Shown: piece after piece, positions 24,388 through 37,490 of the stretch
Layout of the letters: the number at the start of each line of letters is the position of its first letter
Position numbering within the stretch: the first letter of the stretch is position 1
Assembly: GCA_030390025.1 (NCBI GenBank)
Contig: CM059431.1
Span: forward strand, 130,326,001 to 130,390,000
Source of the DNA: Squalus acanthias
Lineage: Eukaryota
Direction of reading: 5' to 3'
Length of the DNA stretch: 64,000 nucleotides
The notes under the pieces: generated by a model
The model's database searches: none
What the model was told of the DNA's origin: nothing
What the model saw: the letters and a program-made list of their open reading frames with translations, nothing else
Translations under genes and position numbers: made by a program

Positions 24388-25281
24388 TCACTCGAATCGG
24401 AGTCTGATGAGGCGTTCACAGACAGCCGTGCCAAAGGGAGATTTGCTGCCTGCATCCTCCCTTCCTCCTCGTCCTCCTGGTCCTCCTCTCCCTCGTCCTC
24501 TTTCTGGGGTGGTCCCGCAATCCCTGCAGACCACCACGAAATGAGACACCCGCTCCGCCGGGTACTGGAGGGCTCCTCCCGAGCAGTCAAAGCAGTGGAA
24601 CCATTGCTTCAGCAGCCTGATGGTCTGCTCGATGATGTTCCTGGTGGCACCATGGCTCTCATTATATGAGTGCTGGGCACAAGTGTTGGGGTTGCAGAGG
24701 CGTACCTCAGACAGGTGCAGAGCCGTTAGCCCTTGTCTCCGAGCAGCCACCCTCAGATTTGACGTGATGGCTGGAAAATTGCTGGCACACCGGACTGACA
24801 CAGTATGAAGGCATCATGGCTGCTACCAGGATAGTGGGTATTGACCATCAGGATGCACACCAACTGCACACAACGACCTCCTAGATGCAGTGATGGATGG
24901 CGAACTGTGAGATGTTAGCTATGTCTCCTGCTGCAGACTGGAAGGATCCGTTGGCGAAGAAATTGAGGGCCACGGTGACCTTGAGGGCCACTGGGGAGCA
25001 GTGGTCGCCCTGCTCTGTGGCTGCAGATCTGGTTGCAGGAGGTGGCAGAGTTCTGTGACCACCTCCTTGGTGAAGCGGAGACTCCTAATACACTGCTCCT
25101 CGCTTAAGTGGATATAAGAGAAGTGCTCTCGGAAGACCCTAGGTGGGTAAGACCTCCTATTGAGAGCCCTCCTGGCCCCCCTCCTCCTCCCTCTGCACGC
25201 ACCTCCTCCTCTTTCTCGCTGCCTCTGCTCCCTCTTCCGAAGATGCTCGAGCGCGAGGGGGACTCCCAGTAGAGCCCCCAT
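24388..25281 (-). pseudogene. Harbinger (HARBI1-like DDE) transposase remnant
   Basis: LSEEQCIRSLRFTKEVVTELCHLL and YNESHGATRNIIEQTIRLLKQWFHCFDCSGGALQY are Harbinger transposase motifs; frameshifts and deletions present. Confidence 0.88.
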
Positions 25282-25778
25282 GACTGTGAGCAAGTGTTGT
25301 GAGCAGAAGCCTTTAAATAAGAATGAAGGCGTTCTCCACTTGCCCCAACACTCCCTGTCATCTTAGGACCTTGAAAGAAGTTTAGAAAGCTGCTAGAGTT
25401 GCAGAAAGTTCCACAGAGCCAGTCATACTGAAGAAACATGTTAACTGCAAGTTGTTGCTGATGATCCCTTTAAATACCGCTGCTGGAGCCTCCTTCCTGC
25501 TTGTCAACGCTTGCTCAGCTGGTCGCAATTAACACAGGCCAGTAAGTTGAGCGTCACACTCCAAAATGGCAGATTGGGCGTCAAGTGAGCATTGCACACT
25601 CACTGATGTCATGATCTGCATAACCTCCATAATGATAGCTGAAAATGGTGGCCGCCGCGGGACCCGCTGGCAGCGAACGGAAGTGCAGCAGCCGCCATTT
25701 TTTTTCCTGAATCAGGCCTTAACAGCCAGCGGTAAGACTGTGAATTTCTAGGCCCATGTTTTTGATTCCAAAGTCTAA

Positions 25779-26465
25779 GGGGGAAAAATTCGGTTTGCTT
25801 TCCGCCTAAGAGGGCGCTAACGGGGCGCAAAGCAACTAGCGCCCGGGCGCGACGCTGCAAATGCCTCCCGCGAAATTCAGCGGGAAGTTAGCGGTGGCGG
25901 TAACCGTTAGCACCCCGCGGCGCAGCGCCGCCAGCAATGACATCATCGCCGTGTGCTGCACCCCGCTCGTGCCCCTGCCGCGATCTTCGGTAGCACCTCC
26001 TGGCTTACCGCCGGACGTCATGTCCGACGGGGTCAGGGGGGCCTACCTGCGGCCGGGGCGGTGCTAATTAAAGGCGAGGTGCCGGGCGGCCATTTTTGCT
26101 GCTGGCCATCAGCCAGCACCTGCCCCCGTTGCCATCCCTGGCCTCCTGAGCACCCCCTCTGCCCCTGCGGAGTGCCGGCTGTGCTCTGTGAGCCCGGCAC
26201 TTCTCTTGAGTGCCGGGCTCTTTTGCCGGCACTCCAATCCCTGGTGGCCTAGCTGGGCCCCAGGTCGCGCTGCGCTAGGCCCCTCCCCTTTAAGAAGGGG
26301 AGGAAGGCCTGCAGTACCGCGGCGCGACATTCCCTCGCAGCGCCCCAAGAGGGAGGCGGGGCGCTTCTTGTAGGGCCTCGCTTCCCTCTTGGGGCGCTAC
26401 CAATGAATTTCTACGCGGAGGTGCTAAGTTAGCGCCCCAAAGGGGGTGCGACTCAATTTCCCCCC
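25779..26465. mobile_element. Harbinger-type MITE, CpG-rich
   Basis: gggggaaaaatt...aatttcccccc with TAA duplication (25776-25778 and 26466-26468). Confidence 0.9.
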
Positions 26466-26904
26466 TAAATCATTAATATTAATTGTGAACAACAGTGGTC
26501 CCAGCACTGAGCTTTGTGGGACCCCACTTTCCACCTTATGCCACTCTGAATTGTTACCCTTTACCCGTACTTTTTGCTTTTTGTTTTTGCAGCCTGATTG
26601 CTATCCATTTTGCTACTTGTCCCCTGACTCCCCATGCTTTGACCTTATTCCTTGCCTCTCTAGTAATCTGTTATCTCTGCCCTCTAGGACTTTATCAGCA
26701 GTGCACATTTCCCCATCAACTACAACTGTCGCTACTACACGAGCCTCTCCTTCCCTATCTCCAAACTTCACATCAGGATTGGTAGTTCCTGCCATCTTAG
26801 GAAGTGTACAAAACTTGGACACATTGAGAAGTTAAGTGGTTACAAAATTAAGGTCTACTGTGACCTTAAAAAGCCTTTATTTGAGCATAATATTTAGTCA
26901 CTCA

Positions 26905-27045
26905 ATTGAACTGATTTCAGCTGGAGTGGAAGTAGGAGCTTCACTTCAACTACCCTAAACTAGGGAGGAGAAGATTGGTCAGCCTTCCTGCTCCTGATTA
27001 CCATCCACTGAACCCTGTTAGAAAATACCTATGTGTGGACATTGA
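26905..27045 (+). mobile_element. Ancient SINE fragment
   Basis: ctgatttcagctgg...ctcctgattaccatcca resembles 15930-16250 and 39588-39800. Confidence 0.45.
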
Positions 27046-27430
27046 ATAATGATGTGAATGATTATAATGACCCCATTTTTAATATTGGAACCATTCCTCT
27101 GCTTCGTGACAAAGACTTTCATAAATAAACAAATTTAAACAAACAATCCAGGCAAAGAAAGTATATGATTATGTAGCATCAACTCTTTATTTGTTTTTAT
27201 AAGCTGTTTGTTCACTATCCTAGTTTCAATTACTGGAATGCTCTTAAGGACAGCATAACTGAAAGATTATTTACAGTGTGTGAAGTTATATACTGCTTTC
27301 ATTTCATGCACCATTTCAGCAGCTTACTGAAATTGCTGGTAGGAGGAGTTTGGTAGCATTTTAGTCCTTCATCAATAAGTATGCCAATGTCAGCATTTCC
27401 CTGGTTTCTTACTGCTAAGAATAAGATACT

Positions 27431-27656
27431 CACTATGGTGTTTAATTTCCTCTGGTAATGTACTGGTTAATGCTGCTATAGAAAATTCCTTTGTGCATTA
27501 TTTTAACCGCCATTCACCTGTTTATTTTAAAATGCTTAAAATAATAACCTGTCAGGTTATATTAAACAGGTTAATGGCTGAATTGAAATAGTGCACAGGG
27601 AATGTTTCTGAACCCATTAACCAGTGTAATACCAGGAGAAATTAAACCCCCTAGTG
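27431..27656. repeat. Degenerate ~225-bp palindrome (ancient MITE-like hairpin)
   Basis: Left arm gtttaatttcctctggtaatgtactggttaatg pairs with right arm cattaaccagtgtaataccaggagaaattaaac; pairing continues inward (tgtgca/tgcaca, gccattcacctgttta/taaacaggttaatggc). Confidence 0.88.
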
Positions 27657-29100
27657 TTCTGTTCTATATAATTGTTCTCAGCTGTTGCAAAAATTGAAGC
27701 TAATTTTCCAGGTAAAATTTCATAGTTACAGTTGAAAAAAGTATTACCTGTTAAGAAATGTTATGCTTGCATAAAGGGGCTAGATTTTTTGATTATTCAG
27801 TCTATGGTCAGAAAATTTAGCACAAGATTTCTACACACTGCATGCACAAAATTCATCAAATTGCAGCCTTTATGAACGGAACCTAAACTGAAATCACACA
27901 GACCACCATTGCAGCAGAAGGGAAACATCTTACAGTAACCAAGGTCATCTTTAGCAGTTGGTACCAATATTCTGCTGTCTTTAGGCATTCATTAGCTGTG
28001 GGTTGGGAATCGCTCTTGAACAGTCCATTCTTTATCGTTTCTCGTCTTAGTGCTAGTTGACCAGAGTACTTCCACCAAGAGTATTGTTATCCTTGAAGCA
28101 AATATGTGTGAGTGTTTAAAGGGAAGTAACATATCTTTTGAAAATGTTCGAGCTGTATTCTCAGAACTTTTGATGTATTCTGAGCCACTTGAGGAGTGAC
28201 TGACTCATGCTCCTGAATGTCTATTTTCTAATATATGACCAGTCTTTAAAAACTATTTTTGGTTCTATAAATCTACTCTTTCCTTCTGCCATATTTTCTC
28301 CTTTAGTTGGAATGGCAGGACAGACGGCACTGCTGTCATTAGTGATGCTCCCTAATTAGTTTACAAAACAAACCTCATTGGTCTTCCCAGGATTTCTCTC
28401 TGCCCAAGACATTGAGATACTTTGCAACAGAAAGCAAACTTTAATCACATTGAGCTAGATTCCATCAGTCTCGGAGCTATGCTACCAGGTTGTCTGGAGT
28501 CCATTTCTCCATTCTAATGCTTTTTGACTGCTTTTCGACAAAGCCTTTTTGAAACCACTAAAATTGCCAATGAAACAGACGCTTGGTTGTCTGTGTGAGG
28601 AATGCTTACAGGAAACATAAGACCTCTTCTTATGGTGCTCCTGGTGCTAACAACTTTTCTAAGAAATTAACATTTTGAATTATGGATCATATTAAGAGTT
28701 CAATAAAGCAGCACTGTGGAAGCAGTTTCACCACATGGACTGCAGCAGTTCAAGTAGCAGGCCCACCACCACCTTCTCTGGAAAGGATCATAGTTTAGCA
28801 GTGTTGTTTAAAGTTGTGTTTATATTGATGTTCAATTTAGTTCAGATTTCAGGAGATTTCTGCATTTCCAACTAAATCTGTCTCCCTTACCATTGTGCCA
28901 TGGATCTACAATTCAATCTTTTTGAATCCAAACTAAAGAAGTGGCAGTATAAAAGCTGCGTAAGAGACAAGGACCCATTTTCTTAAATAACTACAGGCTT
29001 GATTCACTCACATACACAGTAAGATCTGGGTCAAAATACTAATCTGAGTTGATAACATTATACCAGTCTGACCAAGTAGAATTCAAAAATAGCTCCATAT

Positions 29101-29140
29101 ACAACAACAACTTGCATTTATATAGCGCCTTTAACGTAGT
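29101..29140 (-). mobile_element. L2 (or L2-partner SINE) 3' tip
   Basis: acaacaacaacttgcatttatatagcgcctttaacgtagta is nearly identical to 9650-9690. Confidence 0.75.
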
Positions 29141-29449
29141 ACACAACTTTGCCCTTGTAGCTTAATTGGGCGAGGGGTTGGAAAGTTGCAAGTCAAGGTA
29201 AATTTAATAGGAGGTGAACACAGGTAATGGCAACATGTGGGTGGGATTCTTAAAGCCTTTGGATGGTTCTAAAGCCATTTCAACCTGTTGGCTGCCTTTG
29301 CCAAGTCTAAAGACAAAGAAGGAAAAATCAAAGTGACACAGAACGGAGTCATGGAATTTTACAGCACTGAAAGAGGCTATTCATCACATCATCTCTGCTC
29401 TCTGAAAGAGTTGTCAACTTAGTCTCATCCCCCTGTTTATTCCCCACGG

Positions 29450-29948
29450 TTCTGACCTCCATTTTACAAAAAGGATATAGAAGAACTGGTGAAAGTGCAA
29501 AAGAGATTTACAAGGATGATACCTTGAGAGGGTATAAATATCAGGAAAGATTGAACAGGCTGGGGTTCTTTTCTCTAGAACCTGATAGTGGTCTTCAAAA
29601 TTTTGAAGGGGTTCGATAGGGTAAACGTAGAGAAGATGTTTCCACTTGTGCGAGAGTCCAAAACTAAGGACCATAAATATAAGATAATCACTAATACATC
29701 CAATAAGGAATTCAGGAGAAACTCCTTTACTCAAGAGAGTGGTGATAATGTGGAACCTGCTACCATATGGAGTGTTTGAGGCAGACAGCATAGATGCATT
29801 TAAGGGGAAACTAGATAAGTACATCAGGGAGAAAGAATAGAAGAATATGCTGATAGGATGAGATGAAGTGCGGTGGGAGAAGGCTAGTGTGGAGCGTAAA
29901 CACCAGCATGAAATCTGGGGCTGAATGGCCTGCTTCTGAGCTGTAAAA
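29450..29948 (+). mobile_element. CR1 3' fragment
   Basis: VFKILKGFDRVNVEKMFPLV...EFRRNSFTQ. Confidence 0.85.
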
Positions 29949-29949
29949 T

Positions 29950-32060
29950 GGGATAGATTCAGAACAGATCTAGCAGCTCAAAACTGGGCATCCATGAGGC
30001 GCTGTGGGCCATCAGCAGTAGCAGAATTGTATTCCACCACATCATGGCCCGGCATATCCCTCACTCTACCATTACCATCAAGCCAGGGGACCAACCCTGG
30101 TTCAATGAGGAGTGCAGAAGAGCATGCCAGGAGCAGCACCAGGCATTCCTAAAAATGAGGTGCCAAACTGGGGAAGCTGCAACACAGAACTACATGCATG
30201 CTAAACAATGGAAGCAGCATGCTATAGACAGAGCTAAGCGCTTCCACAATCAACGGATCAGATCAAAGCTCTGCAGTCCTGCCATATCTAGTCGTGATTG
30301 GTGGTGGACAATTAAACAACTAATGGGAGGAGGAGGCTCCATGAATATCCCCGTCCTCAATGATGGCAGAGCCCAGCACGCGAGTGCAAAAGACAAGGCT
30401 GAAGCATTTGCAACCACCTTCAGCCAGAAGTGCCGAGTGGATGTTCCCTCTCAGCCTCCTCCTGAGGTACCCATCATCACAGAAGCCAGTCTTCAGCCAA
30501 TTCGATTCACTCCACGTGATATCAAGAAACAGCTGAGCGCATTGGATACAGCAAAGGCTATGGGCCCCGACAACATCTCGGCTGTCGTGCTGAAGACTTG
30601 TGCTCCAGCACTAGCCGTGCCTCTAGCCAAGCTGTTCCAGTACAGCTACAACACTGGCATCTACCCGACAATGTGGAAAACTACCCAGGTATGTCCTGCC
30701 CACAAAAAGCAGGACAAATCCAACCCGACCAATTATTGCCCCCATCAGTCTACTCTCAAATTGATGGAAGGTGTAGTCGACAGTGCTATCGAGTGGCACT
30801 TACTCACCAATAACCTGCTCACTGATGCTCAGTTTGGGTTCCGCCAGCACCACTCGGCTCCAGTCCTCATTACAGCCTTGGTCCAAACATGAACAAAAGA
30901 GCTGAATTCCAGAGGTGAGGTGAGAATGACTGCCCTGGACATCAAGGCAGCATTTGATTGAGTGTGACATCAAGGAGCCCAAGTAAAATTGAAGTCAATG
31001 GGAATCAGGGGGAAACTCTCCACTGGCTGGAGTCATAGCTAGCACAAAGGAACATGGTTATGGTTACTGGAGGTCAATCATCTCAGCCCCAGGACATCGC
31101 TGCAGGAGTTCCTCAGGGCAGTGTCCTAGGCCCAACCATCTTCAGCTGCTTCATCAATGACCTTCCCTCCATCATAAGGTTAGAAGTGAGGATGTTCGCT
31201 GATGACTGCACAGTGCTCAGTTCCATTCCCAACTCCTCAGATAATGAAGCAGTCCATGCCCGCATGCAGCAAGACCTGGACAACATTTAGGCTTGGGCTG
31301 ATAAGTGGTAAGTAACATTCGCGCCACACAAGTGCCAGGCAATGATTATCTCTAACAAGCGAGAGTCTAACCTCCGCCCCTTGACATTCAATGGCATAAC
31401 CATTGCTGAATCCCCCACCATCAACATCGTGGGGGTCACCATTGACCAGAAACTTAACTGGACCAGCCACATAAATACTGTGGCTACAAAAGCAGGTCAG
31501 AGGTGGAGTATTCTGTGGCGAGTGTCTCACCTCCTGACTCCCCAAAGCCTTTCCACCATCTACACGGCACAAGTCAGGAGTGTGATGGAATACTCTCCAC
31601 TTGCCTGGATGAGTGCAGCTCCAACAACACTCAAGAAGCTCGACACCAGTCAAGACAAAGCAGCCCACTTGATTTGCACCCCATCCACCACTTTTAAACT
31701 TTCAGTGTCTCCACCACTGGCGCACAGTGGCTGCAGTGTGTACCATCGACAAGATGCCCTGCAGCAACTCAGCAAGCCTTCTTCGACAGCACCTCCCAAA
31801 CCCGCGACCTCTACCACCTAGAAGGACAAGGGCAGCAGGCACATGGGAACACCACCACCTCCAAGTTCCCCTCCAAGTCACGCACCATCCTGACTTGGAA
31901 ATATGTTGCCATTCCATCATCGTCGCTGTGTCAAAATTCTCACGGTCTGCAGCGGTTCAAGAAGGTGGCTCATCACCACCTTCTCGAGGACAATTAAGGA
32001 TGGGCAATAAATGTTGGCCTTGCCAGGAGTACGCACATCCCATAAACGAATTAAAAGAAA
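29950..32060 (+). mobile_element. Non-LTR retrotransposon of a second CR1/L2-group family, 5'-truncated, RT with stops
   Basis: KAMGPDNI, QFGFR, GVPQGSVLGPTIFSCFIND...MFADD, QVRSVMEYSPLAW; distinct 3' tail gatgggcaataaatg. Confidence 0.9.
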
Positions 32061-32593
32061 AATTCTGTGTAATTAGCTTAACAGATGTTGTACAAAAAAG
32101 AAGGGTGAACGTTTTGAAAGTTGTACAACAGAACCTTATGCAAAAAATAGGACTTACTAATTTAAGTAGAAGGGCGACAGTGCTGCTTATTCTATCCTTC
32201 GCTTCTTATCTTTGTTTTTAAATCTCTAATGGGGACAATATTGTCATTTTAGGACTTTGCAGGGCTCCGTGGTCAAGCTTAGGAAGCAGCACAAATTATC
32301 CTTACGTATAAATCAACATAAATGCATCCTCCGCCCACTGCACAATCAATATAGAAGTCTGGGAAATTGATCAGGTCCCACGTAATAGTCTGTGTAAATT
32401 GGGAAATGCTTATGGTGACATTTGATAAGCTTTCTTGCCAAACGTGTGCTTTGACCACCTGCATTAAACCTGTTTGGATAAGTGCTGCACTATCTACGCA
32501 ATACTGTTATCTCCAGGCCTTTAAAGAAAGAATCTGCTCCTACATTATATTGGGGGTGGGGGAGAGAGTAAATGCCATTAAAAGGATCATAAT

Positions 32594-33508
32594 GGGGGGA
32601 ATTGTAACCGGAAAAAAAGGTGGGTTTGGAGCTTGGGGGTAGTTAAATTGTTAAAAAACAGATTCTCATCTTGAACCTGCCTCCAACCCCCACCCCCACT
32701 TCTGATGGAGGCGGGACAGGAAGTAGGACGGGGCGGGCAACAAACCCACTCCCAGGAGGTGGGACGTCAATTTAAATATTATAATCAGGCTGGAAGCCTC
32801 TTTTTTAACCTCTTTTTTTTAACTGCATGTGGACTGGTTTTACACAATTCGTAAAACCCAGCAGTTAGCCCATGGTGGTGACTGCTAGATCCAGGAGTTA
32901 ACTGCCTTTATTCCTACCTCCTGGATCCAGGGTCTATATTTAACACATCCCTGCGATCGGAGACCGCCCCCCCACGAGGCCTCTGAACACCCCCCACCAG
33001 CCCCCCCCACCGATGATGCTGAGGCTGGCCACAATCTTCTCTCCCCCCACCGATCCTCCGGTAGCCGGCCACGATCTTCCCTTCCCCCCCACCCTGATCA
33101 TCCAGCCCCAATCCTTTCCCCCCCCCCCGCCCCAATCCTTTTAACGGCCCAGCCTGACCCCCGATTGACTGCCCTCCCTCTCCCCCTCCACCTGATCTTT
33201 TAGCTTCCTGGCCCGACCTCCGATTCTCACCCCGACTCCCCCCCTCCCACCCCATGATCCTTAATGGCCCAGCCCCCACCCGAACCCTCTCTCCCTTCTC
33301 TGTGCAGCCTAGTGCCACAGGCCTACCCGCCTGCAGCCAACCAGCCTCTCAATCTGGCTGGCTGCGGGCGGGAAACCGAGGCCTCACATGCAAATCAGGG
33401 CCTGCCGTTAGAGTCGGCAGGGCCTGCGGGAAACCCGTCCTCCCGGGTTTCCCAACCGCCTCGGAGTCCCCCTGCCCCCAACCCGCCTTCCTCCTTAAAA
33501 TCCAGCCC
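32594..33508. mobile_element. Harbinger-type MITE with C-rich interior
   Basis: ggggggaatt...aaaatccagccc with AAT on both sides; partial relative at ~36958-37490. Confidence 0.75.
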
Positions 33509-34078
33509 AATGTGTTCAAGTAATTCTGATGTTGCTGTATATTCATTGTGATACTTCCTTTTTTCTTTTAAAGATCAGTGCTGTATTCTCCACCTTTTAG
33601 CAGGGGATATCTTTATGCCTGGGGAAGAAAAACAGCAGAACAGCCATGTGTTTTTGATATAACAACAGATCCAAAGTACTGACATGTTCCACTGCGATTT
33701 GTGTCATTTTGTTAAATTTTTTAGGAATCCTAGGAAAAGGTTCACCAAACACTTTTTTAATGGAGTGCCTATTGCTACCTCTCAATTATATGCGAGGGAT
33801 TCATCCTGGATGAAAGAGCACATGGTACATTTTAAAAAGTATGCAAAATTACTGAGCAGTAGCATAAATTCATTGTACAAAATCTTGTGAATTAATCTCA
33901 GCATTAAGATTGGAAATGAATTACCTGTAGGAAGGCAGAATAAATAAAAGCTGTGATGTAACTATTCAGAACCTAAACGTTAAATTAGATGCTACAAAAT
34001 TGTCCAATGATTGGAAATCAGTGTTGGAGGTACCTTCACCATGGGGTTGTGCTGAGCAGAGTGAGGAAGAAGCTATAA

Positions 34079-34690
34079 TGGCCCAGAATTTGCTGTGAAA
34101 ATAACGGCAAGTTAAATGCCCACGCCGTTGTTAGTGTGTAAATAACCCAGCAATTTATGGCGAGGAAGAGATACGGTGTGAGTTGCGAATCACCAAAAAT
34201 TGCTGGACGATTTGCGCTGCTCTGCCGTTCGCCTCGTGAAAAGGTGAGCTAGCCATTGTCAAGAAATTGTTGCATTTGCGCTGTTAAAACAAATTAAACT
34301 TGCCGTAGAAAGTTAGGGCTGGTACTTAACAATGCTAGGACCCTTTTAATGCCACTCAACCTCTCCGGCCCAGAAAGAGAACAATTGAAACTGTGGAGTC
34401 TCATTCCTGACAGGTAGTACATTTTCGGAGAGGTTTTTAAAATTTTAATGTAAAAATGTTTTTCTTACTTTTCCTTTCTGTCTTTTTTCTCTCTCTCTCA
34501 ATGCAATCTTCCTTTTCCTCTCTATTTCTCCTTCTGTATTAAATTTGACTCTAATTCACCCTATTTCCTTCTCCATTGTTCCTTGTTTCTTTGGTTATCC
34601 TTAAACCTCATTGGTTAAGGTCACAGATGCACTGTTGCCCTCACCACCGTTATCAGCTTGCACTTCCAGCAATTTGTGGCACAAAATATT
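34079..34690. mobile_element. Decayed MITE related to 13649-14424
   Basis: Starts ggcccagaatttgc and shares gccgttgtta/aaactgtggag-type blocks. Confidence 0.55.
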
Positions 34691-34758
34691 TTCAAGCTGA
34701 AGGGTGAGAAAAGCAATCTAACAAATGGCCCTTGGCAGCTATGATATATTTCATGATT

Positions 34759-35512
34759 GGGCCAGAAATTTGGCTCTCCGGCTTCCTGCGGGTGCACGGA
34801 TCGCGCTCGTACTTACCTAGCGCGCCTGCCGTTGTGCTTTGGGCCCGTGTGAAATTCGGCTCCTGTGCCTCCTGCAGCTGTTGGCGCGCAGTGCTTGCGT
34901 ATCCCAGGGGCGCAGTTAGTTTGAAGCGTCCCCTGGGATCACGTGGGCCATGGAGAGCAGGGAATCTCCATTCATAGATTTTGACAGGAAGACCTGTCAA
35001 ATCTATGAATAGAGATCGGCCACAAAACCTCACTAAAACTTCAAATAAATTAAAAAGAAAAATCAAATTTTTAAAATAACTATAAATTACATAAATTAAC
35101 TACTTTAAACAAAAATTTTAATTTTTGAAAAAATTAATTACACTTTTTAACGGTGCTAAAAATAAACTTACCTTTCTTTAAAGTATGTAAAAAAGATAAA
35201 CCTGTTGAAAAAATGTTTAAATAGTACTTAATTCACCACTTACCTTGTTAAAAGCAGGCCTTGCGCCTCCTTTTTTCCTGCGCAGCTTCTCCGTACTTAC
35301 CCTCACGGAGAAACTTGAAAAAAAAAACAAGTTCGCTGCGTGCGCGCTGCCTCTCCGGCGCACGCATTCGACCTCTGAACCCCTTCCTTCAGGGGAACGG
35401 AAGTTCCGGTTTCCAGCGCATGCGCAGTGCATGCGCGAAACCGGCACTTTCGTTGGGGCTACGGGTGAGTACCCAGCGCGTACTCACCCGTGGAGACCCG
35501 AATTTCTGGCCC
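34759..35512. mobile_element. Harbinger-type MITE
   Basis: gggccagaaatt...aatttctggccc (12-bp perfect TIR) with ATT duplication. Confidence 0.9.
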
Positions 35513-36957
35513 ATTATGTTGCAGGGTTTTTAAAATCACTTATTTGAGGCGAGCATTGGCACTTTCTGCTTGGAGCATGATACTGGTTTTTAGGGTGTTA
35601 TATTACCGGTTGTGACTGGTCTGTGACATAAAGCTGGCAGAAAAATACTGGCTATGCATTGTTCTTCTGCACAAGGAAAATAGAATTCTTCTCACTGGCA
35701 TCCAAATGCCAGTTTCATCTTTACTACCCAACAATAGTAAAAAGATTCAAAATGAAGTTTTAATAGTACCCAGTTTGGTCAAATACAGTCTATACCCTTA
35801 CAGCACTTGCCTAATTGTGCTTTGGGTAACTTGATTCCCAAATTGAACTACAGACTGTACATAAGTACTGCTCTTCAACACAAAAACTGTGATATAACTT
35901 TTAGAATGATTTTAGAGTGGAATCTTCACGGCGAGATGTGCTATACTTTATTAGTAGTGTCAGATTTTGTGTGCGTGTGTTTTCACCTTCTGCAATTCCA
36001 CACCTAATTTTTCTGCAGCAGTTTTAGAACTGTTACAAATTAGCATAAGTAGTTGTACTTTATGGTTTTGAAAATCATACTTTGAAAATTACATGCGAGT
36101 GTCTTGTAAAATTGGAGGAAATAGTTTACATTTGTTAACCATTTGTGTGAGTTTGAAGATGAAAAATACAGCACAAGCCAAAAATGCTCAGTATATTCAA
36201 ATTTCTCATCGGCAAAACTGTGTAAGTGGCATGGCTTGACCACATATATTTTGTAAACTGAGCATTGGTGCTCCAGAAATGAAAGTCTGACTGTTATCTC
36301 CTAATAGTCTTATGTGTAAAATGATAGAGGTCAACGCGTAGGAAGAGCCTGATAACATCTGGAAATTTTTATTGTTTTAAGTGCAGTGAATTTTCTGTTT
36401 TCATGACATTGCCTCCCTTTCTAGCCTTATCAAGATGTACTCAGCTTGACGGTTTTAAGTCGTAATCTGTAGCAGAACTAAATAATTATATTTTTAATTT
36501 ATCTTCATTCTTTGATGGTTGTATTCGTAAGTGCATCTATAGAATAGAAATTACTGTCACCATTATCGTAGAGATGCCTAATGTTTTTGTTTCCTTGCTC
36601 CAATCTTTTAATAGAGATTTCCATTGAAATAGCAGAGAGAAAAATTTGATGTTAATCAGTTGTGTGATAACATTGCCAACAGTAATTTCTACCTTTATAT
36701 TTCATACTGGTGCTTAGTTCATACCTTCACTGCACTTGATGCTTCAACCATTTCACATTTGTTCCATTACATCAATATTTATAGCAATAAGTTTCTGATA
36801 TAAAAGTAGAAAATGTTGGAAATGCGCATCATCTCAATCAGTATCTTAATGAAGGTAAATTACCACTGGTGAAGAACGTTCAATGGAACTGGAAAAAGGA
36901 AGATGAGTTCCTTTTGCAGGAATGACCAAATCAAGAGGGAGACAACAGAGAAACACA

Positions 36958-37490
36958 GAGGAGGAATTTTAACCCCAAAAAATGGATGGGCTGGGATGGG
37001 TTGGGGTTGGGTGGGAGTTTAAAGGGTTAAAAATTTGAATCCCGCCCTCCAACCCGCCCACTTTCAGTTTTAACGGACAGGGTGCGGGCAACCAACCCAC
37101 TCCCAGAAGGCGAGTTGGCACTTTAAATATTATAATGGGGCTGCGTACCTCATGGTGATCCATCAGTTTAAATTTAACTGTGGGCGGCCGGATTTCCCAG
37201 GCCTCGGGGAACCGCCAGCTAAAAGGAGATGAGGACTGCTGGATCCAGAAGGTAAGTTCCTTTCCACTTACCTGCTGCCTCACCAACACCCCATGATCAG
37301 ACACCCCCCGACCCTTCTGATCTCCCCCCCCGACTTACCCCCAAGGCCTCCGACTCACCACCCCCCCCCCCAACCCACGAGGCCTCCGATCCTCACGTAG
37401 CCTTCAATCCCACCTCCGATCCAGCCTTCAATCTTCGGTCCCCGGCCTCCGATACCACCTCTGGCCCCCCCGACCACCCCTCCAGCCACC
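36958..37490. mobile_element. Partial MITE of the 32594 family
   Basis: Shares gggcggg/caaccaacccactccca and tttaaatattataat blocks with 32730-32785. Confidence 0.65.

Larger units (their letters stand above)
22102..25755. mobile_element. PIF/Harbinger transposon, both ends present, decayed
   Basis: TIRs ggcctagaaatt (22103) and aatttctaggcc (25743-25754), enclosing convergent Myb/SANT (+) and transposase (-) remnants. Confidence 0.9.
18085..26650 (-). mobile_element. Host CR1 3' region split into four pieces (18085-18909, 22020-22101, 25756-25778, 26466-26650) by nested insertions
   Basis: The pieces join into sequence colinear with the CR1 at 1-760; ORF 18467-18658 reads [16 protein letters not shown]. 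Confidence 0.85.

Noticed and set aside
24388..25293. Domesticated host HARBI1 gene
   Set aside because: It is frameshifted and deleted, lies between TIRs next to a Myb remnant, and has several paralogous fragments in the window.
25779..26465. CpG-island promoter
   Set aside because: The CpG-rich block is bounded exactly by TIRs and a TAA duplication, so it is a young MITE. The same applies to 7273, 34759 and 49780.
27797..28620. Exons after pyrimidine-rich AG sites at ~27800 and ~28307
   Set aside because: The frames I translated after these AGs hit stops within about 30 codons and gave no recognisable peptide.
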